NCBI GenBank assembly: GCA_001780775.1
Contig: MFIO01000008.1
Span: 1 to 55,795, forward strand
Origin: Candidatus Giovannonibacteria bacterium RIFCSPLOWO2_12_FULL_43_11c
GTDB taxonomy: Bacteria > Patescibacteriota > Minisyncoccia > JACPKW01 > UBA11713
Direction of reading: 5' to 3'
DNA length: 55,795 nt
Below the pieces are notes generated by a model, which made no database searches, was not told the DNA's origin, and saw only the letters and a list, made by a program, of their open reading frames with translations. Position numbers and translations under genes: made by a program. Shown one piece after another: positions 18,660 to 26,797 of this stretch. Every line of letters begins with the position of its first letter. Position 1 is the stretch's first letter.

Positions 18660-19202
18660 ATGTACTGGACTGGGAAAGGAGACGACGGTCGGACGAAATT
18701 ATTTAACTCGCCCGCCGGTTGCCGCATTCCAAAAAGCTCGCGGATAGTCGAAGCGCTGGGCTCGCTCGACGAGGTAAATTCTTATTTGGGGCTAGCGAAA
18801 GCACTCTCGAGGGAACAGAAATTGGATTTAGAATCTTTCGTAAATTTCTTGCAGGAGCAGCTTTTTATATTGCAAGCCGAACTCGCTGGAGCCGAGAAGA
18901 CTGTCTCCCGGGAATCGCTCGAGAAAATGGAATCCCAGCTCCACGTTTTTTCCGAAAAAATTCCCCCGATTAAATCTTTTTCCATCCCCGGCGGGACAGT
19001 TCTCTCCGCGCATTTTGACATCGCGCGGACGATGGCGAGGCGAGCAGAGAGGGAAGTAGTCGCGTTACGCGATGATAAAGAAAAAGCGCTTGGCGAGAAA
19101 AGCTACGCATTTTTGAATCGCCTATCTAGCGCGTGTTTCATTTTGGCGAGATATGTAAATTCGGTCCAAGGCGTCTCCGAAACCCCACCGAGTTATAACT
19201 AG
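18660..19202 (+). CDS. ATP:cob(I)alamin adenosyltransferase, PduO type
   Basis: 180 aa. Has the N-terminal YWTGKGDDGRTKL motif and an LQAELA helix. Starts 1 nt after the nrdJ stop. Confidence 0.85.
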   Translation: MYWTGKGDDGRTKLFNSPAGCRIPKSSRIVEALGSLDEVNSYLGLAKALSREQKLDLESFVNFLQEQLFILQAELAGAEKTVSRESLEKMESQLHVFSEKIPPIKSFSIPGGTVLSAHFDIARTMARRAEREVVALRDDKEKALGEKSYAFLNRLSSACFILARYVNSVQGVSETPPSYN

Positions 19203-19210
19203 GGAAAGTA

Positions 19211-19247
19211 GGATAGCTTGACAGGATAGCATAAAATATGCTATCTT
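19211..19247 (+). promoter_or_regulatory. putative sigma70-type promoter overlapped by a palindromic operator
   Basis: TTGACA (19218..19223), 18 nt, then TATCTT (19242..19247). A perfect 9-bp inverted repeat GATAGCATA-AAA-TATGCTATC (19225..19245) lies between them, with an extra GGATAGC half-site at 19211. Confidence 0.35.
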
Positions 19248-19398
19248 TATAGCGAAATATAGAGTTTTTTGATATTGGCTTTCCTTCCCCGCCCAACGTC
19301 AAATTTTGGTGTATGGCGGGGAGGGAAGGCTACGATTAGTAGCAGGTGCCTATAGTTGAGAGGCGCTATCCGGTCCCTCTCAAAAAAATTGGAGAACT

Positions 19399-19563
19399 AT
19401 GAAAATTCTCCGTGCTATAGGTTTTCTGCTTGCTATTCTTGGACTCAAATTCTTCTTGATGTGGACTGTGTTTCGCGCATTCGAGGGATCCTTGATCGCG
19501 CTCTTCACTACCTTCTCATCATTGATGAGTTCAGTCCAAACTACCCTCCCCGCGTCGTTTTAA
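19399..19563 (+). CDS. small hydrophobic protein (54 aa)
   Basis: GGAG lies 5-8 nt upstream of the ATG. Product: MKILRAIGFLLAILGLKFFLMWTVFRAFEGSLIALFTTFSSLMSSVQTTLPASF. It is below the 60-aa track cut-off. Confidence 0.35.
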   Translation: MKILRAIGFLLAILGLKFFLMWTVFRAFEGSLIALFTTFSSLMSSVQTTLPASF

Positions 19564-19582
19564 ACGATGCGGAACACAATGT

Positions 19583-19620
19583 GCCAGAGAGAATCTGACT
19601 TTAGTCAGACTCTCTCTGGC
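19583..19620 (+). terminator. 17-bp hairpin (one mismatch) after the small ORF
   Basis: GCCAGAGAGAATCTGAC-TTTA-GTCAGACTCTCTCTGGC. No clear U-tract follows. Confidence 0.35.
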
Positions 19621-19700
19621 TTCCTCTAAGTTAATTACTTCGATATATCGTAGTAGTTGGTTTGGAGGAAGTAAAATTTTGTTCTTTGGAAAGGAGAATT

Positions 19701-19985
19701 ATGAAGATAAATATAAACGGACTTTATCACGAGCAGATTGATGAGGACGGTCTTCAGGATCTGAAAGAGACTCTGCTGGAATATACTCTTCCGGTTCTGG
19801 AAATTACTTCACAAGAAAACGGAACTATTTCTGCGGAGGTGCCCGACGCCGTCGATATGAGAGAGATTACTGCTCCGCTGGCAACATTCGCAGAAGTTTT
19901 AGCTCGGCATTTCGCCAGAGATGTCTGGTTTGAACTCGAAGTTCCCAAGTGGGGCATTCGCTGCGATATCGCCGGCGCGGCTTAG
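19701..19985 (+). CDS. hypothetical acidic protein (94 aa)
   Basis: AAGGAGAATT precedes ATG 19701 (MKININGLYHEQIDEDG...). The track ORF starts further upstream, at 19662. Confidence 0.4.
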   Translation: MKININGLYHEQIDEDGLQDLKETLLEYTLPVLEITSQENGTISAEVPDAVDMREITAPLATFAEVLARHFARDVWFELEVPKWGIRCDIAGAA

Positions 19986-20034
19986 CAAAAAATACAACAC
20001 TTCAATCAAAAGAAAGGAGTTAAAAACAAAAAGT

Positions 20035-20070
20035 CTCGGTACAGAAATGTGGCCGAGTTCTTTTTATTTT
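20035..20070 (+). terminator. hairpin plus T-rich tail
   Basis: CTCGG-N13-CCGAG followed by TTCTTTTTATTTT. Confidence 0.4.
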
Positions 20071-20088
20071 CCTTCCGATTTCTAATTG

Positions 20089-20400
20089 TGGAGATGGCGG
20101 GAGTTGAACCCGCGTCGGGAAAGCTTTTGAGGGATGGTTGACAAGCTTAAGTGAAATCCTGAATTGACTCTCAGGAAAAAAGTTTTCTCGCTTATGACAC
20201 CCGCGATTCTTTAGCGAGAATCAAGGACGGATGGCCTAGATCCGAAGATCCAAGCGTTGCCATTAAGCTACTGCCAAAGCAGGCTCTCTGGTTCCAAATA
20301 AGTTTGCACTTATTATTTCCCATGGGAGATATTTAGCTCCGCCATGGCGGAGCGCCTGAACATCATCTCAAAGTTCTTCCCCTCGAGGCCTATCATCCCC
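20089..20400 (-). ncRNA. ssrA: tmRNA (SsrA), about 312 nt, CCA not encoded
   Basis: On the minus strand, the 5' GGGGATG pairs with the 3' CATCTCC (G3-U pair), followed by discriminator A. The T-arm is GCGGGTTCAACTCCCGC. Candidate tag ORF: GCA AAC TTA TTT GGA ACC AGA GAG CCT GCT TTG GCA GTA GCT TAA (ANLFGTREPALAVA). It lies directly downstream of smpB. Confidence 0.85.
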
Positions 20401-20836
20401 GTAGGTTGCGGCCGACTTCGCGTTCGATGTCACGTTTTTTTATTTTGTCGCGTTTTTCAAATTTTTTCTTTCCGCGGACAATCGCGATCTCGATCTTGAT
20501 TCGGCCGCTTGAAGTATACACCTTTGTCGGGATGATTGTCAATCCGCGTTCTTCGGCGCGTCCAGTCAGATGCGCAATTTCTTTTTTATGGAGGAGAAGT
20601 TTTCGAGTTCGCTCGCGTTCGTAGCCCTCAGGAGTGTTATTGGGCTGATAGGGAGGAATATCCATACCTACGATAAATGCCTCGTCCCCGCGGATTAAAA
20701 CGCGAGCCCCGGAAATATTTCCGTTTTTATTTTTGAGCGATTTTACCTCAAGCCCAAGCAACGATAAACCAGCCTCGTATGTCTCGAGTATTTCGTAGTT
20801 AAAATATACTTTTTTGTTTTCTATTAAAGCGGGCAT
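20393..20836 (-). CDS. smpB: SsrA-binding protein SmpB
   Basis: KVYFNYEILETYEAGLSLLGLEVKSLK... Confidence 0.95.
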   Translation of the reverse strand: MPALIENKKVYFNYEILETYEAGLSLLGLEVKSLKNKNGNISGARVLIRGDEAFIVGMDIPPYQPNNTPEGYERERTRKLLLHKKEIAHLTGRAEERGLTIIPTKVYTSSGRIKIEIAIVRGKKKFEKRDKIKKRDIEREVGRNLRG

Positions 20837-20875
20837 AAATTCATAATAACATTCTTACTATGCTAAACTAAAAAC

Positions 20876-22342
20876 ATGCTTCGTGACGAATTGATAAAGG
20901 AAATTTCGAATGCCGTTGGCGAAGGTGTTGAAGTTAAACTTGTCGAGCCGGAAAGGGATGAGAACGGGGATTTTTCGACAAATGTTGCGTTTAAAGTCGG
21001 CAATGCAGAGGGCATGGCCGAGAAATTAAGGAAGAGCGAGTTAGTTAAAGAAGTAGTCGTAAAAAATAAATTTATAAATATTTTTCTGAAAGACGATATT
21101 TTAATTAAAGAGCTTGGTGAGAAATTAAAATTTGAGGAAAAAAATAAAAAAATAAACGTTGAGTTCGTTTCCGCAAATCCGACTGGACCGTTAACAATGG
21201 CCAACGGACGCGGGGGATTTTACGGCGATGCGCTATCGAATGTTTTAGAGAAAGTCGGATACGATGTAACGCGCGAATACTATATTAACGATGCGGGGAA
21301 TCAAGTGCGTTTACTCGGTGAATCAATTGAAGCCGTAGAGGGAAAGCGCGAAGTAAAAAATAAATATTACAAAGGAGAGTATATAAAAGATTTTGTTGGA
21401 AAATCCGGAGAAGAAGCGGTTCAATTTCTTTTGGGGGAAATAAAGAAATCTCTCGAGAGAGCCAGCATAAATTTTGATGTTTGGTTTTCGGAGAGAGTGC
21501 TTCGTGAAAAAAAAGAGCCGGAGAAAGTTTTAAAATTTTTGGAAGGCAAAAATTTAGTTGAGAAAAAAGATGGGGCAGTATGGCTCGGGGGCGCAGTACT
21601 AGTAAAGTCCGACGGGGAATATACTTATTTTTTGGCGGATCTCGCTTATCACTGGAATAAGTTTATTGAGAGAAAATTTGATATCGCGATCGATATTTGG
21701 GGAGCGGATCATCATGGATATGTCGAGCGTATGAAGAAAGGGGCGGAGGCGTTGGGAATTGGTCCGAAAAGATTAAAAATAATCATAATGCAGTTAGTAC
21801 GTTTAATCTCCGGAGGCAAAGAAGTCAAAATGTCCAAGCGCGCTGGCGAATTTGTCACGATGGATGAATTATTGGAACAGGTTGGCGTTGACGTGGCGCG
21901 GTGGTTTTTTCTCGAGCGTTCGCCCAATACCCATATGGATTTCGATTTAGATTTAGCCAGAGAGAAATCGGAGAAAAATCCGGTTTACTATGTCCAGTAC
22001 GCGCATACAAGAATGTCTAGCATCTTGGCAAAGTCCGGGAAGCTCGGCTTCCACTTGGAAGCCGAGCTTCCAAGTGCGTTTCTACATCCGGCGGAACGTT
22101 CACTCGCGCTGAAGATTTTGAGATTCCCGGAATTGCTCGAAGATATTTCAAAAGATTATCAAGTTCACCGGCTAACAACTTATGCTTATGAACTCGCGCA
22201 AACTTTCTCCGCTTTTTACCGCGATGTTAAAGTTATCGGCTCGGAACGGGAAGCCGAGCTTTTGTATTTTGTATCAAAAACCAAAGAAACCCTAGGAGAT
22301 GTCTTAAAAACTCTCGGCATCTCCCAACCGGAGAAGATGTAA
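20876..22342 (+). CDS. argS: arginine--tRNA ligase (short form)
   Basis: 488 aa. Has SANPTGPLTMANGRGG, KMSKRAGEFV and YAHTRMSSIL. Confidence 0.9.
   Translation: MLRDELIKEISNAVGEGVEVKLVEPERDENGDFSTNVAFKVGNAEGMAEKLRKSELVKEVVVKNKFINIFLKDDILIKELGEKLKFEEKNKKINVEFVSANPTGPLTMANGRGGFYGDALSNVLEKVGYDVTREYYINDAGNQVRLLGESIEAVEGKREVKNKYYKGEYIKDFVGKSGEEAVQFLLGEIKKSLERASINFDVWFSERVLREKKEPEKVLKFLEGKNLVEKKDGAVWLGGAVLVKSDGEYTYFLADLAYHWNKFIERKFDIAIDIWGADHHGYVERMKKGAEALGIGPKRLKIIIMQLVRLISGGKEVKMSKRAGEFVTMDELLEQVGVDVARWFFLERSPNTHMDFDLDLAREKSEKNPVYYVQYAHTRMSSILAKSGKLGFHLEAELPSAFLHPAERSLALKILRFPELLEDISKDYQVHRLTTYAYELAQTFSAFYRDVKVIGSEREAELLYFVSKTKETLGDVLKTLGISQPEKM
22038..22071. repeat. 34-nt perfect palindrome inside argS (family member 1)
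   Basis: GGAAGCTCGGCTTCC-ACTT-GGAAGCCGAGCTTCC, translated as GKLGFHLEAELP. Confidence 0.8.
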
Positions 22343-23125
22343 CTAGAGAATAATTTTTTCTGGCGCTATTTTGATATTCAAAAGATCCTTCGCAAACTTT
22401 GAAAATTTCTCGGGGTCGCCAGTGGTGATATAGCGCCTTAAGCCATTACTCCCAATGCGTTTTTTTATTTCAAGGTGGCGGGATAAATAATTTTCTAGCG
22501 ACACGGGAATTACTGAAGGAGAATCAAATATTTGGGCATCGGGCATTTCGCTTTGAATTATATTCTTGATAAGCGGGTAATGCGTGCAACCGAGAATGAT
22601 GTTTTTGATATTTTGTTTTTTAAACGGGTCGAGATATCTCCTTAAGGCTTCTTTCATAGCGCTATGATATATCATGCCAGCCTCAATTAATGGAACTAAT
22701 TTCGGAGCGGCCACTTGAAAAATTTTGGACATCGGATGTCCATATTTTTTGAGTTCGCGAAGATAAGCTCCGGATTCAACCGTAGCTTGAGTTGCAAGAA
22801 TGCCGATGGTTCCTTCAAGTGTCGCAACTTTTTTCGCAATAGGAATCAAAACCCCTAAGACTTTTTTATCGGGCAGAGCGTGCTGAATTTTTCGAAGCGC
22901 TTGCGAGGAGGCCGTGTTGCAGGCAAGAATTATTAACTCGCAGCCGTTTTTAAATAGCCAATCAACGGCTTGGCGCGTAAATTCGTAGATTTCTTGCGGC
23001 TCGCGCGATCCGTATGGGGTGCGGGCATTATCCCCGAAATATATAAAATCGTATTTCGGGAATTTTTCCGCGAGCGGCTTAAAAACCGTAAGCCCACCAT
23101 ATCCCGAATCAAAAACCCCGATCAT
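22343..23125 (-). CDS. murI: glutamate racemase
   Basis: GVFDSGYGGLTV, ILACNTAS, LGCTHYP. Confidence 0.9.
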   Translation of the reverse strand: MIGVFDSGYGGLTVFKPLAEKFPKYDFIYFGDNARTPYGSREPQEIYEFTRQAVDWLFKNGCELIILACNTASSQALRKIQHALPDKKVLGVLIPIAKKVATLEGTIGILATQATVESGAYLRELKKYGHPMSKIFQVAAPKLVPLIEAGMIYHSAMKEALRRYLDPFKKQNIKNIILGCTHYPLIKNIIQSEMPDAQIFDSPSVIPVSLENYLSRHLEIKKRIGSNGLRRYITTGDPEKFSKFAKDLLNIKIAPEKIIL

Positions 23126-23156
23126 GGCTTGATTATATCTCTATTTCGCATAATAT

Positions 23157-26100
23157 ATGATTATGGCCGATGAGAAAGGTCCAATGTATGAAAGCGTTTC
23201 TCCTCGATCCGAAGAGGAGATTCTTCGTTTTTGGAAAGAAAATAAAATATTTGAGAAGTCTTTAGAAAATCGCCAAAAGGCGAAAACTTTTGTCTTTTTT
23301 GAGGGGCCGCCTTACGCGAACGGCCTTCCCGGAATCCACCACGTAGAATCCAGATCGTTCAAAGACATCATTTTACGCTACAAAACCATGCGCGGATTTT
23401 TCGTGCCAAGGCGCGCCGGATGGGATACGCATGGACTTCCGACAGAAATGGCAGTTGAGAAAGCACTTGGGATAAAATCCAAAAAAGAAATTGAGGAAAA
23501 GATAGGCGTTGAAAAATTTGTCGAGGAGGCGAAGAAAAATGTTTTCACATTTATAGACGCTTGGGAGAAATTAACTGATCGCATGGCTTATTGGCTCGAT
23601 TTGAAAAATGCCTATGTGACCATGACCAACGACTATATAGAATCTCTTTGGGCCGTCATCTCAAAAATTTCCGAGAAAAAATTGCTTTATGAAGATTATA
23701 AAGTTCTTCCGTGGTGCCCGCGCTGCGGAACATCGCTTTCTTCGCACGAGTTGGCGCAGGGGTACCAGAAAGTAAAAGAAAATTCGATTTATGTTAAGTT
23801 CCAACTTGAGGGCGATAAATCGCAAAATCAGCGGGTAAGTTTTTTAGTCTGGACGACAACCCCTTGGACGCTTCCGGGGAATGTCGCACTCGCTATCAAT
23901 CCGAAAATTGATTACGTGACAGTAGAGCGCTCTGGGAACCCGGATGAGTGGCTGATTTTGGCAGAGGCACGTTTGGACGTGGTTGAAGGAGAGTATAAAA
24001 TTATCAATCGCGAAAAAGGCGCGGCGCTTGTTGGGACGAAATATAAAGCTTTATATTCTAATTCTTCTGCAACGGAAAATAGTTATCGCGTTATCGCAGC
24101 CAGTTTTGTGGGAGCGGAGGACGGCTCGGGCATAGTTCATATAGCGCCTGCATTTGGGGGAGATGACTTGGCGGTTGGCAAAAAGGAAAAGTTGCCTACG
24201 CTCGTGACTGTATCAGAAGAGGGAAAAATGAAAACTCCTGGCGCAGTATGGGATGGAAAATTTATTAAAGATGCCGACTTGCTTATAATTGAAGATTTAA
24301 AAAAACGTTTGCTTTTATTCAAAATCGAGCCATATGAACACGATTATCCTTTTTGCTGGCGGTGCGGCACGGCTTTGATGTACTACGCGAAGACTTCATG
24401 GTTTTTCAAGACTACGGCCGTCCGCGACCATATGCTAAGAGAGAACGCCAAAATCGATTGGCACCCGGAATATTTGCGGGACGGCCGTTTCGGTAGTTGG
24501 CTCAAGGAAAATGTCGATTGGGGAATTTCTCGCGAGCGCTATTGGGGAACGCCGTTACCGGTATGGCGGTGCGATCAATGCGAGAAGATTAAGGTAGCAG
24601 GTTCGCTCAAAGAATTAGACAATCTCGATCTGCATCCAACTGAATTGATTGTGATGCGGCATGGCGAGGTTCCGCACAATATTAAGGACACTACCAATCC
24701 AGTTGATCCGGAAAAAGATGAAAAAGAGACTTTAACAGAGAAGGGCAAGGCAGATGTGAGAGAGGCTGCCAAAAAATTAAAGAAAGAAAAGATTAATTTG
24801 ATTTTTTCTTCCCCTTCGCATCGAGCGAGGGAAACCGCAAGTATTATTGCCGAAGAGCTTGGCTTGCCGGAATCAGTAATCGCCGTCGTACCCGAACTTT
24901 ATGATGTTCTTGTCGGCGGATTTGAAGGCGTTCCGATTAATGAATATGAAAAAGCTTTCTCGAGTTTTGAGGCGCATTTTACGGAAAAACCGAAAGGCGC
25001 TGAAAATTTTAGGGAGATTCGCTCAAGGATGATTAAAGCAGTGATCAAATTAAGGCGCAATTACGCAGGCAAAAAGATTTTGATAATAAGCCACGGGCAT
25101 CCGACATGGATTTTGATGGCGGCGCTTGAAAGTTTTGACGAAAAAGATTATCTGAAGTCGCCGTATTTGAACCCTGGGGAGTTTAAAAAAATTAATTTGC
25201 ACAACTGGCCGTATAATTCGGCGGGCGAACTTGATTTACATAAGCCATATATTGATGAAATAAAATTGAAATGTGAAAAATGTGCGGGCGAGATGGCGCG
25301 CGTGAAAGAGGTTATGGATGTCTGGTTTGACTCCGGCGCCATGCCGTTTGCGTCGCAGTGTTTTGGAAGTTCGACTTCCAAGGGGAAGTCGAACTTCCTC
25401 TATCCGGCCGAATATATTGCTGAAGCTATCGATCAGACCCGCGGGTGGTTTTATACGCTTCTCTCCGTATCGGCGCTATTGGGATTTGAGTCATCATACA
25501 AACGCGTTTTATCGCTTGGCTTGGTGCTTGATGGAAAAGGCGAGAAAATGTCGAAATCCAAAGGAAATGTCGTTGATCCGGAGACTCTTATGGAAAAATA
25601 CGGAGCAGACGCGGTGCGCTGGTATTTCTATACTATCAATCAGCCTTGGGACGACAAGCTTTTTCGCGAGAAAGACATCCAAGATGCCCAGCGCCGCTTT
25701 CTTATGATTCTATGGAATTCGTATCTTTATTGGCGCACGTACAGGGAAGTTCGACTTCCTATTGGAAGTCGAACTTCTAAGCCGAAACTCGTAATCAATA
25801 AGTGGCTTTTGGCGAAGTGGAATAAAATTTTATCAGAAGTTTCTGAAAATCTTGAAAAATATGATATCGTCTCTGCGGCGAGAAAGTTGGAAAATTTTGT
25901 CGTTGAAGATTTATCGCACTGGTATATCAGGCGGATCCGCGAGCATATGAAGCATGAAAAATCTGACGCGGCAAAAGAATGTTCCGCCACGCTCGGCTTC
26001 GTTCTTTTAGAGCTATCAAAAACATTAGCACCTTTTACGCCATTTATCTCCGAAGGAATTTATCGCGGAATTAGCGGAGAGAAAGAAAGCGTTCATCTTG

Positions 26101-26660
26101 AGGATTTCCCCGCCTTCGCCAAGGCTTCGGCGAGCAAGCCTGAAAAGAAATTAATAGAAGAAATGGAGAAAACGCGCGAGATAGTTTCAAGAGGCCTTGA
26201 GGCGCGGCAAAAGGCAGGAATTAAAATTCGCCAACCTCTTTCAGAGTTGAAAATTAAAAATAAACTTGATAACGAATTACTAGAACTAATAAAAGGCGAG
26301 GTCAACGTTAAAAAAGTTTCGGTCGCGAAAGATTTGAAAGAGGAAGTCGAGCTTGATACGGAAATTACTAATGAGCTTCAAGAAGAGGGGCTAGTCCGCG
26401 AATTTATTCGGGCTGTGCAGGATTTCAGGAAGGAGTTGAAATTAACTCCGCAGGAGAAAGTGGAGTTGGCGGTCAAATCTTCGAAAGAGTTTGAAAAAAT
26501 TCTAAAAGAGCATAAATCTTTAATAGAGAAAGAAATAAATATTTCCAATCTTTTTTTCGGAGATTTAGGCGATTCGCGCACAAAGGAAATCTTGATTGAT
26601 AAAACTAAAGCCGAGATTGGAATCAATCATACTCACCATATGAAAATCGAAAATGAATAG
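23157..26660 (+). CDS. ileS: isoleucine--tRNA ligase with an inserted histidine-phosphatase domain
   Basis: 1167 aa. Has PYANGLPGIHH (HIGH-like), KMSKSKGN, DQTRGWFY and a CP1 editing region. An extra RHG...SHG domain sits at about 24633..25226. Confidence 0.95.
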   Translation: MIMADEKGPMYESVSPRSEEEILRFWKENKIFEKSLENRQKAKTFVFFEGPPYANGLPGIHHVESRSFKDIILRYKTMRGFFVPRRAGWDTHGLPTEMAVEKALGIKSKKEIEEKIGVEKFVEEAKKNVFTFIDAWEKLTDRMAYWLDLKNAYVTMTNDYIESLWAVISKISEKKLLYEDYKVLPWCPRCGTSLSSHELAQGYQKVKENSIYVKFQLEGDKSQNQRVSFLVWTTTPWTLPGNVALAINPKIDYVTVERSGNPDEWLILAEARLDVVEGEYKIINREKGAALVGTKYKALYSNSSATENSYRVIAASFVGAEDGSGIVHIAPAFGGDDLAVGKKEKLPTLVTVSEEGKMKTPGAVWDGKFIKDADLLIIEDLKKRLLLFKIEPYEHDYPFCWRCGTALMYYAKTSWFFKTTAVRDHMLRENAKIDWHPEYLRDGRFGSWLKENVDWGISRERYWGTPLPVWRCDQCEKIKVAGSLKELDNLDLHPTELIVMRHGEVPHNIKDTTNPVDPEKDEKETLTEKGKADVREAAKKLKKEKINLIFSSPSHRARETASIIAEELGLPESVIAVVPELYDVLVGGFEGVPINEYEKAFSSFEAHFTEKPKGAENFREIRSRMIKAVIKLRRNYAGKKILIISHGHPTWILMAALESFDEKDYLKSPYLNPGEFKKINLHNWPYNSAGELDLHKPYIDEIKLKCEKCAGEMARVKEVMDVWFDSGAMPFASQCFGSSTSKGKSNFLYPAEYIAEAIDQTRGWFYTLLSVSALLGFESSYKRVLSLGLVLDGKGEKMSKSKGNVVDPETLMEKYGADAVRWYFYTINQPWDDKLFREKDIQDAQRRFLMILWNSYLYWRTYREVRLPIGSRTSKPKLVINKWLLAKWNKILSEVSENLEKYDIVSAARKLENFVVEDLSHWYIRRIREHMKHEKSDAAKECSATLGFVLLELSKTLAPFTPFISEGIYRGISGEKESVHLEDFPAFAKASASKPEKKLIEEMEKTREIVSRGLEARQKAGIKIRQPLSELKIKNKLDNELLELIKGEVNVKKVSVAKDLKEEVELDTEITNELQEEGLVREFIRAVQDFRKELKLTPQEKVELAVKSSKEFEKILKEHKSLIEKEINISNLFFGDLGDSRTKEILIDKTKAEIGINHTHHMKIENE
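25365..25398. repeat. 34-nt perfect palindrome inside ileS (family member 2)
   Basis: GGAAGTTCGACTTCC-AAGG-GGAAGTCGAACTTCC, translated as GSSTSKGKSNF. Confidence 0.8.
25745..25778. repeat. 34-nt palindrome inside ileS (family member 3)
   Basis: GGAAGTTCGACTTCC-TATT-GGAAGTCGAACTTCT, translated as (R)EVRLPIGSRTS. Confidence 0.8.
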
Positions 26661-26797
26661 CGAGACCAAAACTTGCCAAAACTGTCCCGTAAAATCACGA
26701 ACGCAGGCGAGTAGATTTTACGCGGACCCCGTGATTCCGAACTTTGTGAGGAATTTTTCGGGGTTACCTTCGGTGATTAACGGGATAAACAAACAAA

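Noticed and set aside
19356-19598. 80-aa TTG-start ORF in the track
   Set aside because: It has no RBS and no motif. The overlapping 54-aa ATG ORF in another frame has a GGAG RBS and a coherent hydrophobic profile, so it is preferred.
25318-25990. ORFs 25318..25707 (+) and 25727..25990 (-) that share an EVRLP.GSRTS peptide
   Set aside because: They are off-frame or antisense readings of the ileS palindromes, and they lie inside the strongly supported ileS frame.
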